The position numbers and the translations under genes were made by a program. From Methanothrix sp. (GTDB taxonomy: Archaea > Halobacteriota > Methanosarcinia > Methanotrichales > Methanotrichaceae), in NCBI GenBank assembly GCA_037128175.1, contig JBAXWY010000004.1:32001-96000 (forward strand): a DNA stretch of 64,000 nt, read 5' to 3'. The notes under the pieces are model-generated. The model saw only the letters and a list, made by a program, of their open reading frames with translations, made no database searches and was not told the DNA's origin. Within the stretch, counting starts at the first letter, position 1, and each line of letters starts with the position of its first letter. Below, piece by piece: positions 16,796-27,148 of the stretch.

Positions 16796-17956
16796 ATGGA
16801 ACTTATAGCAAAATATCATGTAGAAACAGACCTTCCCATCCAGAAAGCGGCGGAGGCTATCGCGGCAGAGCAGTCCACCGGCACCTGGACTGCGGTGCGG
16901 GGAGCGGACAACCCCCTCGCGGCCCGCGTCATCTCCGCGGAAGGAAACAATGTTGAGATCGGCTTTCCCGAGGAGCTCTTTGAGCCGGGAAATATCCCCC
17001 AGTACCTTTCGGTGGTGGCAGGAAACCTCTTCGGTCTTGGTGATCTAAAAAAGGTACGGCTGCAGGATATCATCTTCCCGGAGAGCCTGCTCTCGGCGCA
17101 TAAGGGTCCAAGCTTTGGTATCGAAGATGCGCGAAAAATCCTGGGTGTTTATGGCCGTCCGTTGGTCGGCACCATCGTCAAGCCCAAGGTGGGCCTGGAC
17201 CCGGCCGGCACAGCCGCCGTGGCCGCAGCCGCCGTTCGCGGCGGACTGGATCTGGTCAAAGACGACGAGACCCTGACCGATCAGAGCTTCTGTCCACTCA
17301 TCCCTCGTTTGGAAGCGGTCATGAGCGCCTTGGACAGAGTTGAGACAGAGACGGGCAAGAAGGCCTTTTATGCAGTGAACGTTACCGTCGGCGCCGATGA
17401 GATCCTGGAGCGCGCTGAAGCGGCTGTGGATCACGGCGCCAACATGGTCATGATCGATGTCCTGACGGTCGGCTTCTCCGCGTTGGAGGAACTCTCCCGG
17501 CATCTGAAGGTGCCCGTGCATGTACACAGGACCATGCACGGAGCCTTTACCAGAGACAAAGGGCACGGCATTGCCATGCTGGTCATTTCCAAGCTGGTGC
17601 GCATGACGGGGGGCACCAACCTGCATACGGGAAGCTACATGGGCAAGATGGCGCGCGAGACCCAGGAAAACGACCTCTCCCGTGATGCTCTGCGAGGGGA
17701 TTGGCACGGCTACAAGAGAGTCTTCCCGGTGGCCTCGGGCGGGGTCTATCCGGCCAAGGTCCATGGAAATTTGGACGGCTACGGCATTGATTGTATCATT
17801 CAGGCCGGCGGAGGAGTGCACGGTCATCCCGATGGAACCACCGCCGGGGCAAGGGCCATGGTGCAGGCGGTAGATGCCTGGCGAATGCAAATTCCCCTAA
17901 AAGAATACGCAAAAGACCACAAAGAGCTGGAAACAGCCATGAAATTTTGGGGGTAG
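16796..17956 (+). CDS. rbcL: RuBisCO large subunit, form III
   Basis: All catalytic motifs present: AAEQSTGT, AGN, TIVKPK, KDDE, HVHR, LHTG, MGKM, ASGG, AGGG. Confidence 0.9.
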   Translation: MELIAKYHVETDLPIQKAAEAIAAEQSTGTWTAVRGADNPLAARVISAEGNNVEIGFPEELFEPGNIPQYLSVVAGNLFGLGDLKKVRLQDIIFPESLLSAHKGPSFGIEDARKILGVYGRPLVGTIVKPKVGLDPAGTAAVAAAAVRGGLDLVKDDETLTDQSFCPLIPRLEAVMSALDRVETETGKKAFYAVNVTVGADEILERAEAAVDHGANMVMIDVLTVGFSALEELSRHLKVPVHVHRTMHGAFTRDKGHGIAMLVISKLVRMTGGTNLHTGSYMGKMARETQENDLSRDALRGDWHGYKRVFPVASGGVYPAKVHGNLDGYGIDCIIQAGGGVHGHPDGTTAGARAMVQAVDAWRMQIPLKEYAKDHKELETAMKFWG

Positions 17957-17997
17957 TAAGAAGAATGATCATACTTAGCCCTCTCCTCAAATCAAAA

Positions 17998-18013
17998 CCG
18001 AAGAGTTTATATT
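17998..18013 (+). promoter_or_regulatory. Probable BRE/TATA promoter of the ATP synthase operon
   Basis: Purine-rich run followed by TTTATATT (18006-18013), about 100 bp upstream of atpH. Confidence 0.4.
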
Positions 18014-18115
18014 GGTAGATGAGGATGGATCTGAACGTTTATCACGAGCCAAACGTGATGTAGCGCTGTTTGAAAAATGGAAGAGGTGTAGTGAGGGAAG
18101 AAGTAGAGGGATCAG

Positions 18116-18442
18116 ATGGCTAGAGACGATATCTTATCGAAAATTAAATCGGCAGAGGCTGAAGCCAAGGCAGCAGTCCAGCGGGCCTTGGATGAGAAAG
18201 GAAAAAAGATAGCCGCTGCCACTACTGAAGCTGCAAACCTCGTCAAATCCGCCGAGACTGATGCACAGGACTACTATGACAAGAGCGTTGCCAAAGCTGA
18301 TAGCGGTGTGAAAGCCAAGAAGGCATCGATCGTTAGCAGCGGTGAGAAGAACGTAAGCTCAATGAGCGGCAGCGCCAGCGCAAAGCTGGACAAAGCAGTT
18401 GAATATTTGATAAAGGAGTTTATGGGGTTGTTGCATGCTTAG
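18116..18442 (+). CDS. atpH: A-type ATP synthase subunit H
   Basis: Ala/Lys/Glu-rich coiled coil (ILSKIKSAEAEA); first gene of the operon. Confidence 0.85.
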   Translation: MARDDILSKIKSAEAEAKAAVQRALDEKGKKIAAATTEAANLVKSAETDAQDYYDKSVAKADSGVKAKKASIVSSGEKNVSSMSGSASAKLDKAVEYLIKEFMGLLHA

Positions 18443-20477
18443 ACCCGTGAAGATGAGTCGTGTAGTCGTCGCCGGGTCAAAGAACGTAATATCTCCAGTT
18501 GTAGAAAAGCTGCATGAGTTGCGCTTGCTCCACATTGTTAACTATAATGGCAGCCAACCACAGTTTGAGATGGGCAAGCCCATCGGCAAAGCCAAAGAAT
18601 ACTCCGAGAATCTCATTAAGCTCAGATCTGTCACCAGGTACCTTGAACTAAATAAGAAGTTTCCTGATAAGGCATATCCCGAGAGCCAGGTTCTATCGGA
18701 GATGGATAATCTTCTCAATAACGTCGGTGCAGATGTTACTGCTACATACGAGCGCATCGTTGCCATCGACGCAGAAGTAAAGTCCAAACAGGATCAGATC
18801 AAGTCTCTGACTCCGTTAGCTGTTTTGCCGCTGCCTTTAGAAGCTTACTATGGTTATGATTCTCTGGCGACCTTTGTCGGCACAGCAACAACACCAGTTG
18901 ATGCCGATGTAGCAAGGGTATCTCCGGTAAATGAGGTATATTCCGGAAGCGCCAAGAATGCAACTTTTGTAGCGGTATTTGTGCCTGCGGAAAAAGCCGG
19001 CGAAGTATCTTCAGTCCTTTCAGAGCATGGGTTTTCCGAGACGTCTGTACCCAGGCTGGAAGGCAATGTAGATTCGGCTATTGCTACCCTTGAAGGCAGC
19101 ATCAAATCCTTGGAAGGCGAAAAAGCGCCACTCCAAAAGAAGCTGGCCGACATGAAGAAGCAGTACGAAGATCTGATGCTGGCAACGGACGAGTATCTAT
19201 CCATGCAGACCCAGAAGACAGAGGTCCCACTCAGGTTTGCTGAGACGGCCAACGCCTTCGTTATAGATGGGTATGTTCCAGCAGATCAGTTCAGCAGGCT
19301 CAAGAGCGAGCTGGAGAGCGCTGCCGGCGGCAGGCTTGAAGTTTCGTTGATTGCAGATAAAGAGACAGACGAACTTGTCGAGACGGGCGAAGACATACCG
19401 ACCCTGATGGATAATCCCAGCTTGGTCAAGCCTTACGAACTGATAACAAGGATGTTCGCCATTCCCGAGTATAAGGAGTTCGATCCGTCATTGCTGATAT
19501 TCATATTCTTCCCAATCATGTTCGGCATGATTCTGGGGGATATCGGCTATGGCGTCATGTCGCTTCTGGCTATGGTGCTTCTGAAGAGGAAGTTCAAAAC
19601 ACCCGGCTGGCAGCAGTTGATCAATGTCGTTCTGATTTCCAGCGTGTGGGCGGTCATATTCGGCATATTCTTCGGCGAGATCTTTGGCCCGCTCGGTTTG
19701 TGGGGCCGGATCATGGGACAATTGCCTGAGCATGAACTCGAGGCTGTAAAAGTGGCAGGTCTCTATTTCGGTGAAGGTGTTTTTGGCTCGCTGGGAAGAA
19801 TCGGATTTTGGCCGGGAATTGATATTTTCCCCATGGACCGGCTGGCAAGTAACGCGGTTTTGTTGTTGATCGGTACTAGTGTCATCATAGGCATTATTCA
19901 CTGCAGCGTTGGTTCTATCTTGGGTATCAAGACGGAGCTGGCCTACGGCGAGAAGAAGCATGCCTATTTCGAGAGACTTCCTGTGATGCTCGTCCAAATA
20001 TTCTTTGGATTGCTTGTGCTTGGACTTGTCATAGGTCAGATGATGTTGGTAATTCTTAGTGCTGTCGTAATTTTAGCTGCCGTAGTGATGCTGGTAATGG
20101 GACCGGAAGGGCCTATGAGCATTGCCCACATGCCATTCTATGTGAGCAACCTGATATCCTATCTTAGGTTATTAGCCATCGGCCTCGCTTCGGTGGGTCT
20201 GGCGTATGCTGCTAACCAGCTGGCCTTCTACGTCATAATGCCCATGCTGAGCGGCGGAGCGACCAACAGTGCTGAGTTCACGATACCGGCCATCATCGTT
20301 GGTATCTTGGTACTGGTCGTAGTGCACTTCATCAACTTCCTGCTGGGAATTCTCTCTCCCTTCATGCACCCCCTCAGGTTGCATTATGTGGAGATGTTCA
20401 CGAAGTTCTACAGCAATCATGGCGGTGGAGTGGAGTACAGTCCCTTCGGACATGTCCGGAGGTTCCTGAAAGCATGA
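18435..20477 (+). CDS. atpI: A-type ATP synthase subunit I (a)
   Basis: MLRPVKMSR, GMILGDIGYG, SYLRLLAIGLAS, LRLHYVEMFTKFY. Confidence 0.95.
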   Translation: MLRPVKMSRVVVAGSKNVISPVVEKLHELRLLHIVNYNGSQPQFEMGKPIGKAKEYSENLIKLRSVTRYLELNKKFPDKAYPESQVLSEMDNLLNNVGADVTATYERIVAIDAEVKSKQDQIKSLTPLAVLPLPLEAYYGYDSLATFVGTATTPVDADVARVSPVNEVYSGSAKNATFVAVFVPAEKAGEVSSVLSEHGFSETSVPRLEGNVDSAIATLEGSIKSLEGEKAPLQKKLADMKKQYEDLMLATDEYLSMQTQKTEVPLRFAETANAFVIDGYVPADQFSRLKSELESAAGGRLEVSLIADKETDELVETGEDIPTLMDNPSLVKPYELITRMFAIPEYKEFDPSLLIFIFFPIMFGMILGDIGYGVMSLLAMVLLKRKFKTPGWQQLINVVLISSVWAVIFGIFFGEIFGPLGLWGRIMGQLPEHELEAVKVAGLYFGEGVFGSLGRIGFWPGIDIFPMDRLASNAVLLLIGTSVIIGIIHCSVGSILGIKTELAYGEKKHAYFERLPVMLVQIFFGLLVLGLVIGQMMLVILSAVVILAAVVMLVMGPEGPMSIAHMPFYVSNLISYLRLLAIGLASVGLAYAANQLAFYVIMPMLSGGATNSAEFTIPAIIVGILVLVVVHFINFLLGILSPFMHPLRLHYVEMFTKFYSNHGGGVEYSPFGHVRRFLKA

Positions 20478-20535
20478 ATTCGATAGAACGAATTGACAGA
20501 TTGAATAATATTCATATAAAGGAGGATTGAGGAAA

Positions 20536-20799
20536 ATGGTAGTAGCAGATGCAGGAACGTTGTATGGATTGTTGGCTGTCGGCGCAGGCTTGGCTACCGG
20601 ATTAGCAGGCATTGGTGCTGGTATGGGTGAGCAGGGTATTGGCGCAGCAGTGGTTGGCGTCGTTGCAGAGGAACCCGGATTTCTGGGCAAGGGTCTGTTT
20701 CTTATGCTTCTGCCCGAGACACTGATCATCTTCGGTCTCGCCGTATCGCTGATTCTCATGTTCGCCTGGACACCTTTTGCTGGCATCGTGACACCTTAA
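20536..20799 (+). CDS. atpK: A-type ATP synthase subunit K (c), single hairpin
   Basis: GLAGIGAGMGEQGIGAA and LPETLIIFG. Confidence 0.95.
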   Translation: MVVADAGTLYGLLAVGAGLATGLAGIGAGMGEQGIGAAVVGVVAEEPGFLGKGLFLMLLPETLIIFGLAVSLILMFAWTPFAGIVTP

Positions 20800-20829
20800 G
20801 TTAGCCAATTACAAGGAGTGTAAGAGGCA

Positions 20830-21378
20830 ATGGCACTAGATGCGGTGGTTGAGTCAGTCCTGGCAACCAGCAAGGAAAAGGTCGCTCAGATAACCAGTGA
20901 AGCCGACCAAGAGGTTGCAAGGGCACTCAACGAAGCTAGGGAACGTGCCGCCGAGATAAAGTCCAGAAAGGAAGCGGAGGTTGGACACACGGTTGAGGCT
21001 ATCGAGCGCAGGGAGATATCCAGCGCCAATCTCGAAGTCAAGAGAGCGGAGCTGAATGTTCACAAGAATCTCCTTGAGCAGGCTAGGACGAAGCTGCTTG
21101 AGAAGCTGCAGAATCTTCCTAAGAAGGATAATGAAGCCATGCTCAAAAAGCTGCTCGAACCTCACGATCTCAAGGATATGAAGGTCTTCTCCAACAAGAG
21201 AGATGAGGCCTTCATAACCTCTCTCGCCTCAAAATATGGCGGGAACCTGGACATTATAGGCGGCGCTGTGGTTGAGAGCAGTGATGGAGCTCTGCGTTAC
21301 GATTTAACCTACGAAACTCTTGCGCGTGAGGTCTTTAATAACCACATGAAAGAGGTTTCCAGGATCTTATTCGGGTGA
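20830..21378 (+). CDS. atpE: A-type ATP synthase subunit E
   Basis: N-terminal coiled coil and [10 protein letters not shown]...YDLT; operon position. Confidence 0.9.
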   Translation: MALDAVVESVLATSKEKVAQITSEADQEVARALNEARERAAEIKSRKEAEVGHTVEAIERREISSANLEVKRAELNVHKNLLEQARTKLLEKLQNLPKKDNEAMLKKLLEPHDLKDMKVFSNKRDEAFITSLASKYGGNLDIIGGAVVESSDGALRYDLTYETLAREVFNNHMKEVSRILFG

Positions 21379-21383
21379 GGACG

Positions 21384-22433
21384 ATGCCTGTACTACGTTT
21401 GCCGAAGTTCGGTTCACCGGTGAAGTACGCTTACATCACGGGCAGAGTCCGGGCGATGAAGACTAAGCTCGTCCCGGCGGAGATGTATGCCAGGATGATG
21501 AACATGGATATGTCTGAGATCGCCCGCTACCTGGAAGAGACCCAGTATAAGGATGAGATCGACGCGTTATCCAAGGACTACTCCGGTGTGGATCTCATTG
21601 AACACGCCACCTTTGCCAATCTGGCAAAGACCTTCAGGAAGCTCGAGGAGGTCTCAATAGATGAGCCTTCATTCCTGATTCTGGAGTACCTTCGGCGCTG
21701 GGATGTATGGAACATCAAGACCCTCCTGCGCGGCAAGTTCTACGGGGCCAACGACACTGAGATAGTAAAACATCTCGTGCCTGCTGGTGAGTTATCATCA
21801 GAGCGCCTCAATGAGCTGGCCAAAAAGGATTCCATAACCGACATCATATCGGCCTTTGATGGAACCGACTATTCCAGCGCACTGGCGCAATACGACGGCA
21901 AGAATTTGGCATCGTTGGAGAATGCTCTCGACAAGCTCTATTACTTCAGAATGGAGTTGGCCGTGGGCGGCACTCTATCCGTGGGCGGAGGTCTGCTGCT
22001 CAAGTATGTCCGAAGAGAGGTCGATATAAGAAATTTGATCACCCTCTTCAGGATGAACAAGGCAGGCGTCGATGCAGCCGTGATACTAGAGAACCTCATC
22101 CCCGGAGGCAAGTTGCATGGAGAGCTGAGCCGTATGGCCGGTCAGCCTTTCGGCGAGTTCCTGCGCGGGCTTGAAGGATATCCCTTCTGGTCCTCCATTT
22201 CGGACATCGCATCTGTAGATCTGGATGCGGTCAGCAGAATCGAGGCTAGGTTGAGGGCGTATCTCATCCGGTATGCTTGGGCTCTTTCCAACTATCATCC
22301 GTTATCTATCTTGCCGGTGCTCGGCTATATGGTGAGCAAAGAGACAGAAGTTTCCAACATCAGGAAGATTGTGAGAGGAAAAGAAGCCGGACTTCCTGCC
22401 GAACTCATTGAGGAGCAAGTGGTGGTGGCCTAA
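21384..22433 (+). CDS. atpC: A-type ATP synthase subunit C
   Basis: [42 protein letters not shown]. Confidence 0.92.
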   Translation: MPVLRLPKFGSPVKYAYITGRVRAMKTKLVPAEMYARMMNMDMSEIARYLEETQYKDEIDALSKDYSGVDLIEHATFANLAKTFRKLEEVSIDEPSFLILEYLRRWDVWNIKTLLRGKFYGANDTEIVKHLVPAGELSSERLNELAKKDSITDIISAFDGTDYSSALAQYDGKNLASLENALDKLYYFRMELAVGGTLSVGGGLLLKYVRREVDIRNLITLFRMNKAGVDAAVILENLIPGGKLHGELSRMAGQPFGEFLRGLEGYPFWSSISDIASVDLDAVSRIEARLRAYLIRYAWALSNYHPLSILPVLGYMVSKETEVSNIRKIVRGKEAGLPAELIEEQVVVA

Positions 22434-22435
22434 AA

Positions 22436-22735
22436 ATGGAGATTGCTTTTGTGGGAGGCAGCGAGAGCGTCCTCGGGTTCAATCTGGCAGGAATAAAGAA
22501 ATCTTATGCGGCCAACACGGAAGAGGAGATGGTCTCAAAGATTGGCGTCGTCATGGCTGATTCCAATGTGGGAATTCTGGTCTTGAAACAATCGGATTAC
22601 AATAAGCTGCCCAAGAGGCTTCAGGAGCAGCTCTCCGATTCAATCAAGCCAACCGTTATTGCCATCGGAACCGAGCAGAGCACAGAGATGAGAGAGAAGA
22701 TTAAAAGGGCAATAGGTGTTGATTTATGGAAGTAG
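22436..22735 (+). CDS. atpF: A-type ATP synthase subunit F
   Basis: IAFVG..LGFNLAGI and IKRAIGVDL. Confidence 0.93.
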   Translation: MEIAFVGGSESVLGFNLAGIKKSYAANTEEEMVSKIGVVMADSNVGILVLKQSDYNKLPKRLQEQLSDSIKPTVIAIGTEQSTEMREKIKRAIGVDLWK

Positions 22736-24456
22736 GTAAAGTAAAGCGAGTCGCCGGACCACTAGTTCAGGCCACGGGCCTGAAGGCTTCCATGTACGAC
22801 CTGGTTCTGGTCGGCGAGGAAGGCCTGATGAGCGAAGTCATCGGCATTTCCGGCAATAAATATATCATTCAGGTATATGAGGATACGGGCGGCGTGCGGC
22901 CCGGCGAGCCCGTCAAGGAGACCGGAGCTCCGCTCGTAGCACAATTGGGTCCAGGCATTCTGACCCAGATTTACGATGGTATTCAAAGGCCGCTGCCCAT
23001 GCTGGCAGCAGCATCAGGGGACTTCATCAGCAGAGGTCTGTTCGTAGATGGCATCGATCACAAAAAGAAGTGGGAGTTCAAGCCTACCGCCAAGAAGGGC
23101 GATGTCCTAAAGCCCGGGCAAGCCTTTGGTGAAGTTCAGGAGCAACTGCTCATCAAGCATAAGATCATGGTCCCACCCAAGCATAAGGGCGGTGCCATCA
23201 AGGAGATCTATGCGGGTAACTTCAACGTTGATGAGACTATTGCAGTCTTAGAGGACGGCAGCAAGCTCACCATGATGCATAAGTGGCCAGTAAGACAGGC
23301 CCGGCCCGTGACTAAAAAGTTGGCACCCACCATTCCCCTAAGAACTGGTCAGAGGGTCGTAGACGGATTCTTCTCCTTGGCCAAGGGCGGAACAGCAGCC
23401 ATTCCCGGTGGATTTGGTACCGGAAAGACGGTTATGCAGCAGACCCTGTCCAAGTGGGCAGATGTCGACATTGTGATTTATGTGGGATGCGGCGAGCGCG
23501 GCAATGAGATGGCCGATGTTCTGCATGAGTTCCCTGAGCTGCAAGACCCCAAGACCGGCAGACCCCTCATGGAGAGGTCCATCGTTTACGCCAATACCTC
23601 CAACATGCCTGTGGCTGCTCGTGAGGCTTCCATCTACACCGGAATGACCACGGCAGAGTACTACAGAGATATGGGCTACGACTGCATGATGACCGCTGAC
23701 TCCACTTCCCGTTGGGCAGAGGCCATGAGAGAGATGGGCTCGCGCCTGGAAGAGATGCCTGGTGAAGAAGGCTATCCCGCATACCTGGGTGCAAGACTCG
23801 CCGACTTCTACGAGCGTGCCGGACGTGCCGAGGTTTTGAACGGCGGTCAGGGTTCCATCAGCGTCGTCGGTGCTGTATCCCCGCCCGGCGGAGACTTCAC
23901 CGAGCCCGTTACTCAGAACACACTGAGAATGGTCAAGGTATTCTGGGCACTGGACTCTAAGCTAACTCAGCGCCGTCACTTCCCGTCCATCAACTGGCTG
24001 GATTCCTATTCTCTATACGACCAGATCCTCGAACCCTGGTTCATTGAGAATGTCAGCCCGGACTGGAACAAGAACAAGAGGCGTGCCATGAATATATTGC
24101 AGGAGAACGCCGAGCTGGAAGAGATAGTGATGCTCGTCGGTTCCGATGCCCTGCCCGAGGACCAGCAGATCACTCTGGAAGTAGCAAGGATGATCATCAA
24201 CTTCTGGCTGGCTCAGAGCGCTTTCCACCCGGTAGATACATTCTGCCCCTACAAGAAGCAGTTCGACCTCTTGGCTGCAATCCTGAAGTACAGGGATTAC
24301 GCCTTCGAGGCAGTTCAGAAGGGCATATCTGTGGCGGAGATAAATTCCGTTCCATCCAAGGATGCTCTGGCCAAGGTGAGACTGGAAGCCGAGTATGAGC
24401 CCATCCTGGCTAAGATTCTGGCTCAGATGGACGTTGAGTTCAAGGCGCTGAAGTGA
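22726..24456 (+). CDS. atpA: A-type ATP synthase subunit A
   Basis: [42 protein letters not shown]; no intein. Confidence 0.97.
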   Translation: MEVGKVKRVAGPLVQATGLKASMYDLVLVGEEGLMSEVIGISGNKYIIQVYEDTGGVRPGEPVKETGAPLVAQLGPGILTQIYDGIQRPLPMLAAASGDFISRGLFVDGIDHKKKWEFKPTAKKGDVLKPGQAFGEVQEQLLIKHKIMVPPKHKGGAIKEIYAGNFNVDETIAVLEDGSKLTMMHKWPVRQARPVTKKLAPTIPLRTGQRVVDGFFSLAKGGTAAIPGGFGTGKTVMQQTLSKWADVDIVIYVGCGERGNEMADVLHEFPELQDPKTGRPLMERSIVYANTSNMPVAAREASIYTGMTTAEYYRDMGYDCMMTADSTSRWAEAMREMGSRLEEMPGEEGYPAYLGARLADFYERAGRAEVLNGGQGSISVVGAVSPPGGDFTEPVTQNTLRMVKVFWALDSKLTQRRHFPSINWLDSYSLYDQILEPWFIENVSPDWNKNKRRAMNILQENAELEEIVMLVGSDALPEDQQITLEVARMIINFWLAQSAFHPVDTFCPYKKQFDLLAAILKYRDYAFEAVQKGISVAEINSVPSKDALAKVRLEAEYEPILAKILAQMDVEFKALK

Positions 24457-24468
24457 GGTGGGTTCAAA

Positions 24469-25857
24469 ATGACAAAGGAATACAAAACAATTACTGAGAT
24501 CTCCGGACCACTCATCTTCGTGGAGAAGACTGAGCCAGTGGGCTACATGGAGCTCGTCGAGATTAGGACGGGCGGAGAGATGAAGAGAGGTCAGGTGCTG
24601 GATTCCTCCGATGATATCGTGGTTATTCAGGTATTCGAGGGAACCGGCGGTCTGTCCAAAGATACTGCTGTCAGTTTCACCGGTGACGTCATCAAGATGC
24701 CACTTTCTCCCAGCATCGTGGGACGCGTTCTGTCCGGATCCGGGAAGCCCAGAGACGGCGGCCCGGAAATTGTGCCAGAGGTATTGAGAGATATCGCGGG
24801 AGCTGCCATCAATCCAGCTTCCCGTGGGAAGCCGCGCTCTTTCATTCAGACCGGCATCTCTACCATCGACGGCACAAACACACTGGTGCGCGGCCAGAAG
24901 CTGCCCATCTTCTCGGGTGCAGGTCTGCCCCACAATGACCTTGCTCTGCAGATCGCTCGGCAGGCCAAGGCATTGGGAGAAGCCGAGTCCTTCGCAGTTA
25001 TCTTCTGCGCTATGGGCATCACCAACGAAGAGGCTCAGCACTTCCTGGCTGATTTCGAGAGGACAGGAGCCCTGGAGAGGGCAGTGGTGTTCCTCAATCT
25101 GGCCGACGATCCGGCTGTAGAGAGGATTCTAACACCCAGGCTCGGCCTGACCACTGCGGAGTATCTGGCCTTCGATCTGGACATGCACGTGCTCATCATC
25201 TACACGGACATGACCAACTATTGCGAGTCTCTCCGACAGATGGGAGCCGCTCGTGAAGAGGTGCCAGGACGACGTGGTTATCCCGGTTACATGTATACCG
25301 ACCTGGCCTGTCAATATGAGAGAGCTGGCATCATCAAGGGCAAAAAGGGCTCTATCACCCAGTTCCCCATCCTGACCATGCCCGGCGACGACATCACTCA
25401 CCCCATCCCGGATCTGTCCGGATACATCACCGAGGGTCAGATCATCGTCTCCAGAGAGCTGCACAGAAAGGGCATTTATCCGCCCGTCGACATCAGACCA
25501 AGCTTAAGCCGCCTGATGAACTCTGGAATCGGCAAGGGCCATACTCGCGAGGATCACAGAGCAGTGTCGGATCAGCTCTATGCTTACTATGCAGAGGGCA
25601 ATGATCTGCGCGGTCTCGCGGCCATTGTCGGTAAGGAGGCTCTCTCCGAACGCGACAAATTGGTCCTGGAGTTCGCCGATAAGTTCGAGAAGCGATTCGT
25701 CAATCAGGGCAGAGATGAGGATAGGTCTATCTTCGATACCCTCCAGATCGGATGGGATCTCCTGGCAGACCTGCCTGAAGCAATGCTCACCAGGATTGAC
25801 GACAAATACATCAAGGCCTACCACCCCAAGTACGCAGCAAGCGCAGCGAAGAAGTGA
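24469..25857 (+). CDS. atpB: A-type ATP synthase subunit B
   Basis: [48 protein letters not shown]. Confidence 0.97.
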   Translation: MTKEYKTITEISGPLIFVEKTEPVGYMELVEIRTGGEMKRGQVLDSSDDIVVIQVFEGTGGLSKDTAVSFTGDVIKMPLSPSIVGRVLSGSGKPRDGGPEIVPEVLRDIAGAAINPASRGKPRSFIQTGISTIDGTNTLVRGQKLPIFSGAGLPHNDLALQIARQAKALGEAESFAVIFCAMGITNEEAQHFLADFERTGALERAVVFLNLADDPAVERILTPRLGLTTAEYLAFDLDMHVLIIYTDMTNYCESLRQMGAAREEVPGRRGYPGYMYTDLACQYERAGIIKGKKGSITQFPILTMPGDDITHPIPDLSGYITEGQIIVSRELHRKGIYPPVDIRPSLSRLMNSGIGKGHTREDHRAVSDQLYAYYAEGNDLRGLAAIVGKEALSERDKLVLEFADKFEKRFVNQGRDEDRSIFDTLQIGWDLLADLPEAMLTRIDDKYIKAYHPKYAASAAKK

Positions 25858-25861
25858 GATC

Positions 25862-26563
25862 ATGGCCGTAATTCGAGGAACTAAACCGACCAGGTCAGTG
25901 CTGATCGCTCTCAAGAAAAGGATGAAGGTCGCAAAGACAGGTCACTCGCTCCTCAAAATGAAGCGTGACGGCCTCATGATTGAGTTCTTCGAGGTGCTAA
26001 ACAAGGCCAAGACTGTCAGGAAAGAGCTGGTTGAAGCTCTGATCATAGCCGAGCAGAGACTTCAAATGGCTATGGCCATCGAGGGAACAGTTGCCATCGG
26101 AAGCGTGGCCTATTCCCTGCAAAAAGAGCCGGTCATACAGCTCGAATCCAGAAACATCATGGGTGTAGTGGTTCCCAAGATCGCCTCAGAAGCCGTGCGT
26201 AAGAAGATGTTCGAGCGCGGCTACGGCATCATTGGGACCAGTGCCGCCATCGATGAGGCCGCTGATGCCTATGAGAGCTTGCTGGATAAGGTCATCCTGG
26301 CTGCAGAGGTAGAGACCGCCATGATAAGGCTTGTCGAGGATATCGACAGCACTAAGAGGCGTGTCAATGCTCTGGAGTTCAAGGTGATTCCTGAACTCAA
26401 GGACACCGTCAAGTTCATCGCCATGGCCTTAGAGGAGATGGAAAGGGACAACGTGGTCAAGCTGAAGATGCTCAAGGGCAAGTCCGAGAGGAAAGCAGCA
26501 GTAGAAGAAGCCAAGAAGGAAGCAGAGAAAGCAGCAGAAGCGGCTGCTAAAGCTTCTGCTTGA
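25862..26563 (+). CDS. atpD: A-type ATP synthase subunit D
   Basis: KPTRS, GHSLLKMKRDGL, TKRRVNALE. True start is ATG 25862. Confidence 0.95.
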   Translation: MAVIRGTKPTRSVLIALKKRMKVAKTGHSLLKMKRDGLMIEFFEVLNKAKTVRKELVEALIIAEQRLQMAMAIEGTVAIGSVAYSLQKEPVIQLESRNIMGVVVPKIASEAVRKKMFERGYGIIGTSAAIDEAADAYESLLDKVILAAEVETAMIRLVEDIDSTKRRVNALEFKVIPELKDTVKFIAMALEEMERDNVVKLKMLKGKSERKAAVEEAKKEAEKAAEAAAKASA

Positions 26564-26572
26564 TCGAAAAAT

Positions 26573-26752
26573 ATGTCCAACTGGTTTGAGCGAAAAGCGG
26601 ATAACTGGGTTGGGACGGCTGAGAAGAAGATGCGTCTTCTTCAGTGGTTGGTGTACATCACCAACCTCTACATTATTTTTGGAATTTTTGTGCTTATCTG
26701 GATTCTTTATGGGAAATATATTATAAGAGCATGGGAATATTACACACAATAG
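26573..26752 (+). CDS. 59-aa membrane protein after atpD (ahaG-like position); missing from the ORF track
   Basis: MSNWFERKADNWVGTAEKKMRLLQWLVYITNLYIIFGIFVLIWILYGKYIIRAWEYYTQ; one TM segment; ATG 9 bp after the atpD stop. Confidence 0.65.
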   Translation: MSNWFERKADNWVGTAEKKMRLLQWLVYITNLYIIFGIFVLIWILYGKYIIRAWEYYTQ

Positions 26753-26756
26753 ATTA

Positions 26757-27101
26757 TTAGCAGCATTCATCACAGAAGAAATCACGCATATCCTTTAAAT
26801 CCGAGATCTCCTTCTGAGTCATCTCATTGATGCTATGTGAATTGTAGCTCCCCGTTAAATCAAAATAAACATAGCCGCCTTTGACGAAGACGTCCTTGCC
26901 TTGTAGACTGCTTTTGAGGTCATCCATCAGATAAGCATACTGTCTTTGATTGAGCCCGGAAGCGTCCACATCCGCCAAGGTAACTGTATTATTTCCGATC
27001 ATTAGGCTGGACGGCGAAATAACATTCATTATATTGCCCTGCATATCGAAGTATGAAGCCTGCAGCAGCAAAATGACGGGAATTAGGGCAAGCGCATTCA
27101 T
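26757..27101 (-). CDS. Hypothetical secreted protein (OB/SNase-like N-terminus)
   Basis: Hydrophobic N-terminus; G.IMNVISP...VTLADVD pattern. Confidence 0.55.
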   Translation of the reverse strand: MNALALIPVILLLQASYFDMQGNIMNVISPSSLMIGNNTVTLADVDASGLNQRQYAYLMDDLKSSLQGKDVFVKGGYVYFDLTGSYNSHSINEMTQKEISDLKDMRDFFCDECC

Positions 27102-27148
27102 GAAGAACTATGCAGTAATCCTGATAATATAAATGTATTGATTTTTGT

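Noticed and set aside
16796-17956. RuBisCO-like protein (form IV)
   Set aside because: The full set of catalytic and substrate-binding motifs, including the loop-6 Lys, is present.
20536-20799. Unusual ATP synthase c subunit
   Set aside because: A single hairpin with E...PET is ordinary for this group of methanogens.
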